The notes under the pieces were generated by a model. That model had not been told where the DNA came from and made no database searches. It saw only the letters and a list, made by a program, of their open reading frames with translations. The position numbers were made by a program, and so were the translations under genes. A stretch of DNA of 63,857 bases, counting the filler, from Phoronis australis (lineage: Eukaryota > Animalia > Phoronida), in the NCBI GenBank assembly GCA_002633005.1. It is 8 parts of 8 records of this genome, joined end to end, with 100 filler letters (N's around TTAATTAATTAA, not from the genome) between each part and the next. Parts side by side here need not be neighbours in the genome. Positions count along the whole stretch, not along the records: positions 61,794 to 63,857 come from NMRA01003865.1; 7 more parts are not named here. One strand, written 5' to 3'. Shown piece after piece: positions 62,612-63,857 of the stretch; positions within the stretch are counted from its first letter, which is position 1; every line of letters starts with the position of its first letter.

Positions 62612-62845
62612 TCAGCAGTGTGTTTCTAACAATTCGTTTTTGCTGAAGACTGAGTAGACCGTCAGCTCAGGGCGCTTAGCATTGAACGAGATACCACTGA
62701 ACCTGTGACCACCGGGGCCCTTAAAGTGCACACCAGTACTACAGAAATGAGTGTCTGCAGGAGTCTTCACTTTGGACCGATGTGGCCTCTGGGACACCAT
62801 CCGAAGGGGGCATGACTGAGCTCGGTTAGATACTCGAGGTACTGG
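62612..62845 (-). CDS. Candidate terminal exon of an unidentified gene (PVPRVSNRAQSCPLRM...ELTVYSVFSKNELLETHC*)
   Basis: tgttttag acceptor, GC-richer open frame to TGA; no recognisable domain. Confidence 0.3.
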   Translation of the reverse strand, partial: PVPRVSNRAQSCPLRMVSQRPHRSKVKTPADTHFCSTGVHFKGPGGHRFSGISFNAKRPELTVYSVFSKNELLETHC

Positions 62846-63857
62846 CTAAAACAGATTTGTAATGAACAATCGTGCCAAACTATGTTTGTTAATCGCTTGC
62901 TTCCTTCATCACTTTCAATAACTACATAATTGTCTTTGTGGTTCAATGTCAAGTAAGAAAGATGTGTATTGCTAATTGCAGTTCAGATTTAATGGTTTTA
63001 ATTTTTGATATTTTTCTATAATGTGTCTTTGTTATTAGAAACAATACGTCATTGTTGCATTTTACGAAACTACAAAAGGAAAAAACCCGGTTTCTGACAG
63101 GACTACAAACAGTATTATTTTCTGATTTTCGTAGAAATAGTCACATATAGCCCAGGAACTGAACCGTGAAAACGAAGAATCGAGGATAAAAATAGAATTC
63201 AACTGAACCAAACAAAATTGGTGTTCAATACTGTGGAACAATTGCTCATTTTAACCGATTTTAAATCAGGTTTTAGTGTCCAGTACTTCGACTGTTTAAC
63301 GAAGCTCAGTTTTTGCCCCCCCCCCCTGACAATCACTNATGGGCTCCAACTGGAGTGCAGACACCCACAGACATACGTTTCTGTATGTGCTAGGGTACAT
63401 TTTAAGTGCTCCTCTGGTTAGTTTCATCAGCTCGCTGAAAGAGTTACCAGTTTTGGAATTTGTGTCCTGCCGGACAAAGTAGTTGAAGACTTCTTACCAA
63501 AATGTGATTTAAACAGGGTAAGAAAGTCATCCTACCTGTCCCCCGGGAATAGTGTCGAGACGATGCGTGAGTCCGAGTTGATGATGTGGCATACAAAGAA
63601 ATTTATATTTAAAAAATAATTGAATTATTATTTGAATTGTCGCTTCAATGTAAATATTATAGCTTTTGTGGGATTTTTTTTGTGCTACAAATAGTGATGG
63701 ATCTAGAAGATAACGTTGTTCCCCAACCCCCCTCTACCCAACACCCAGCATCACGCCGCCATCTTGAACTATAAAAAATGTTCAAAGTTGCACAAAGTGC
63801 AACCAAGTTACTTTTATTCTCCTAACCATATATAATAAATTTCCAAAAGAAAACTTA

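Overview
AT-rich animal genomic DNA, most likely a marine invertebrate (inferred from gene content), from a draft scaffold. It has seven 100-bp gaps, each padded with an artificial TTAATTAATTAA linker. The ORF track is mostly noise because the real genes are spliced. Reading splice sites by hand gives: (1) a minus-strand VWDE-like gene (D8C/UMOD-like Cys domain, then the start of a VWD domain; 8 exons, 21804-32622); (2) the four ligand-binding-domain exons of a plus-strand NR1-type nuclear receptor (48365-51103), whose DNA-binding exons are not visible; (3) a convergent minus-strand exon resembling the GREB1 C-terminal glycosyltransferase region (53049-53298); (4) a small three-exon, phase-consistent gene encoding a Pro-rich peptide with an LRRSxRxRxxPxRL motif (17656-19530); (5) an isolated, duplicated ankyrin-type exon. 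The first 20 kb is accessory-like. It holds a foldback DNA element, a probable Academ-type relic, a possible solo LTR, two decayed LRR/TLR-like copies, a local segmental duplication, and a 12.4-19.9 kb block with two decayed paralogous Cys-rich ORFs, splice-site-bearing tandem arrays and the small gene. A Penelope GIY-YIG fragment, several MITEs, tRNA-derived SINE heads and minisatellites are also present. All family assignments come from motif recognition, not database searches.
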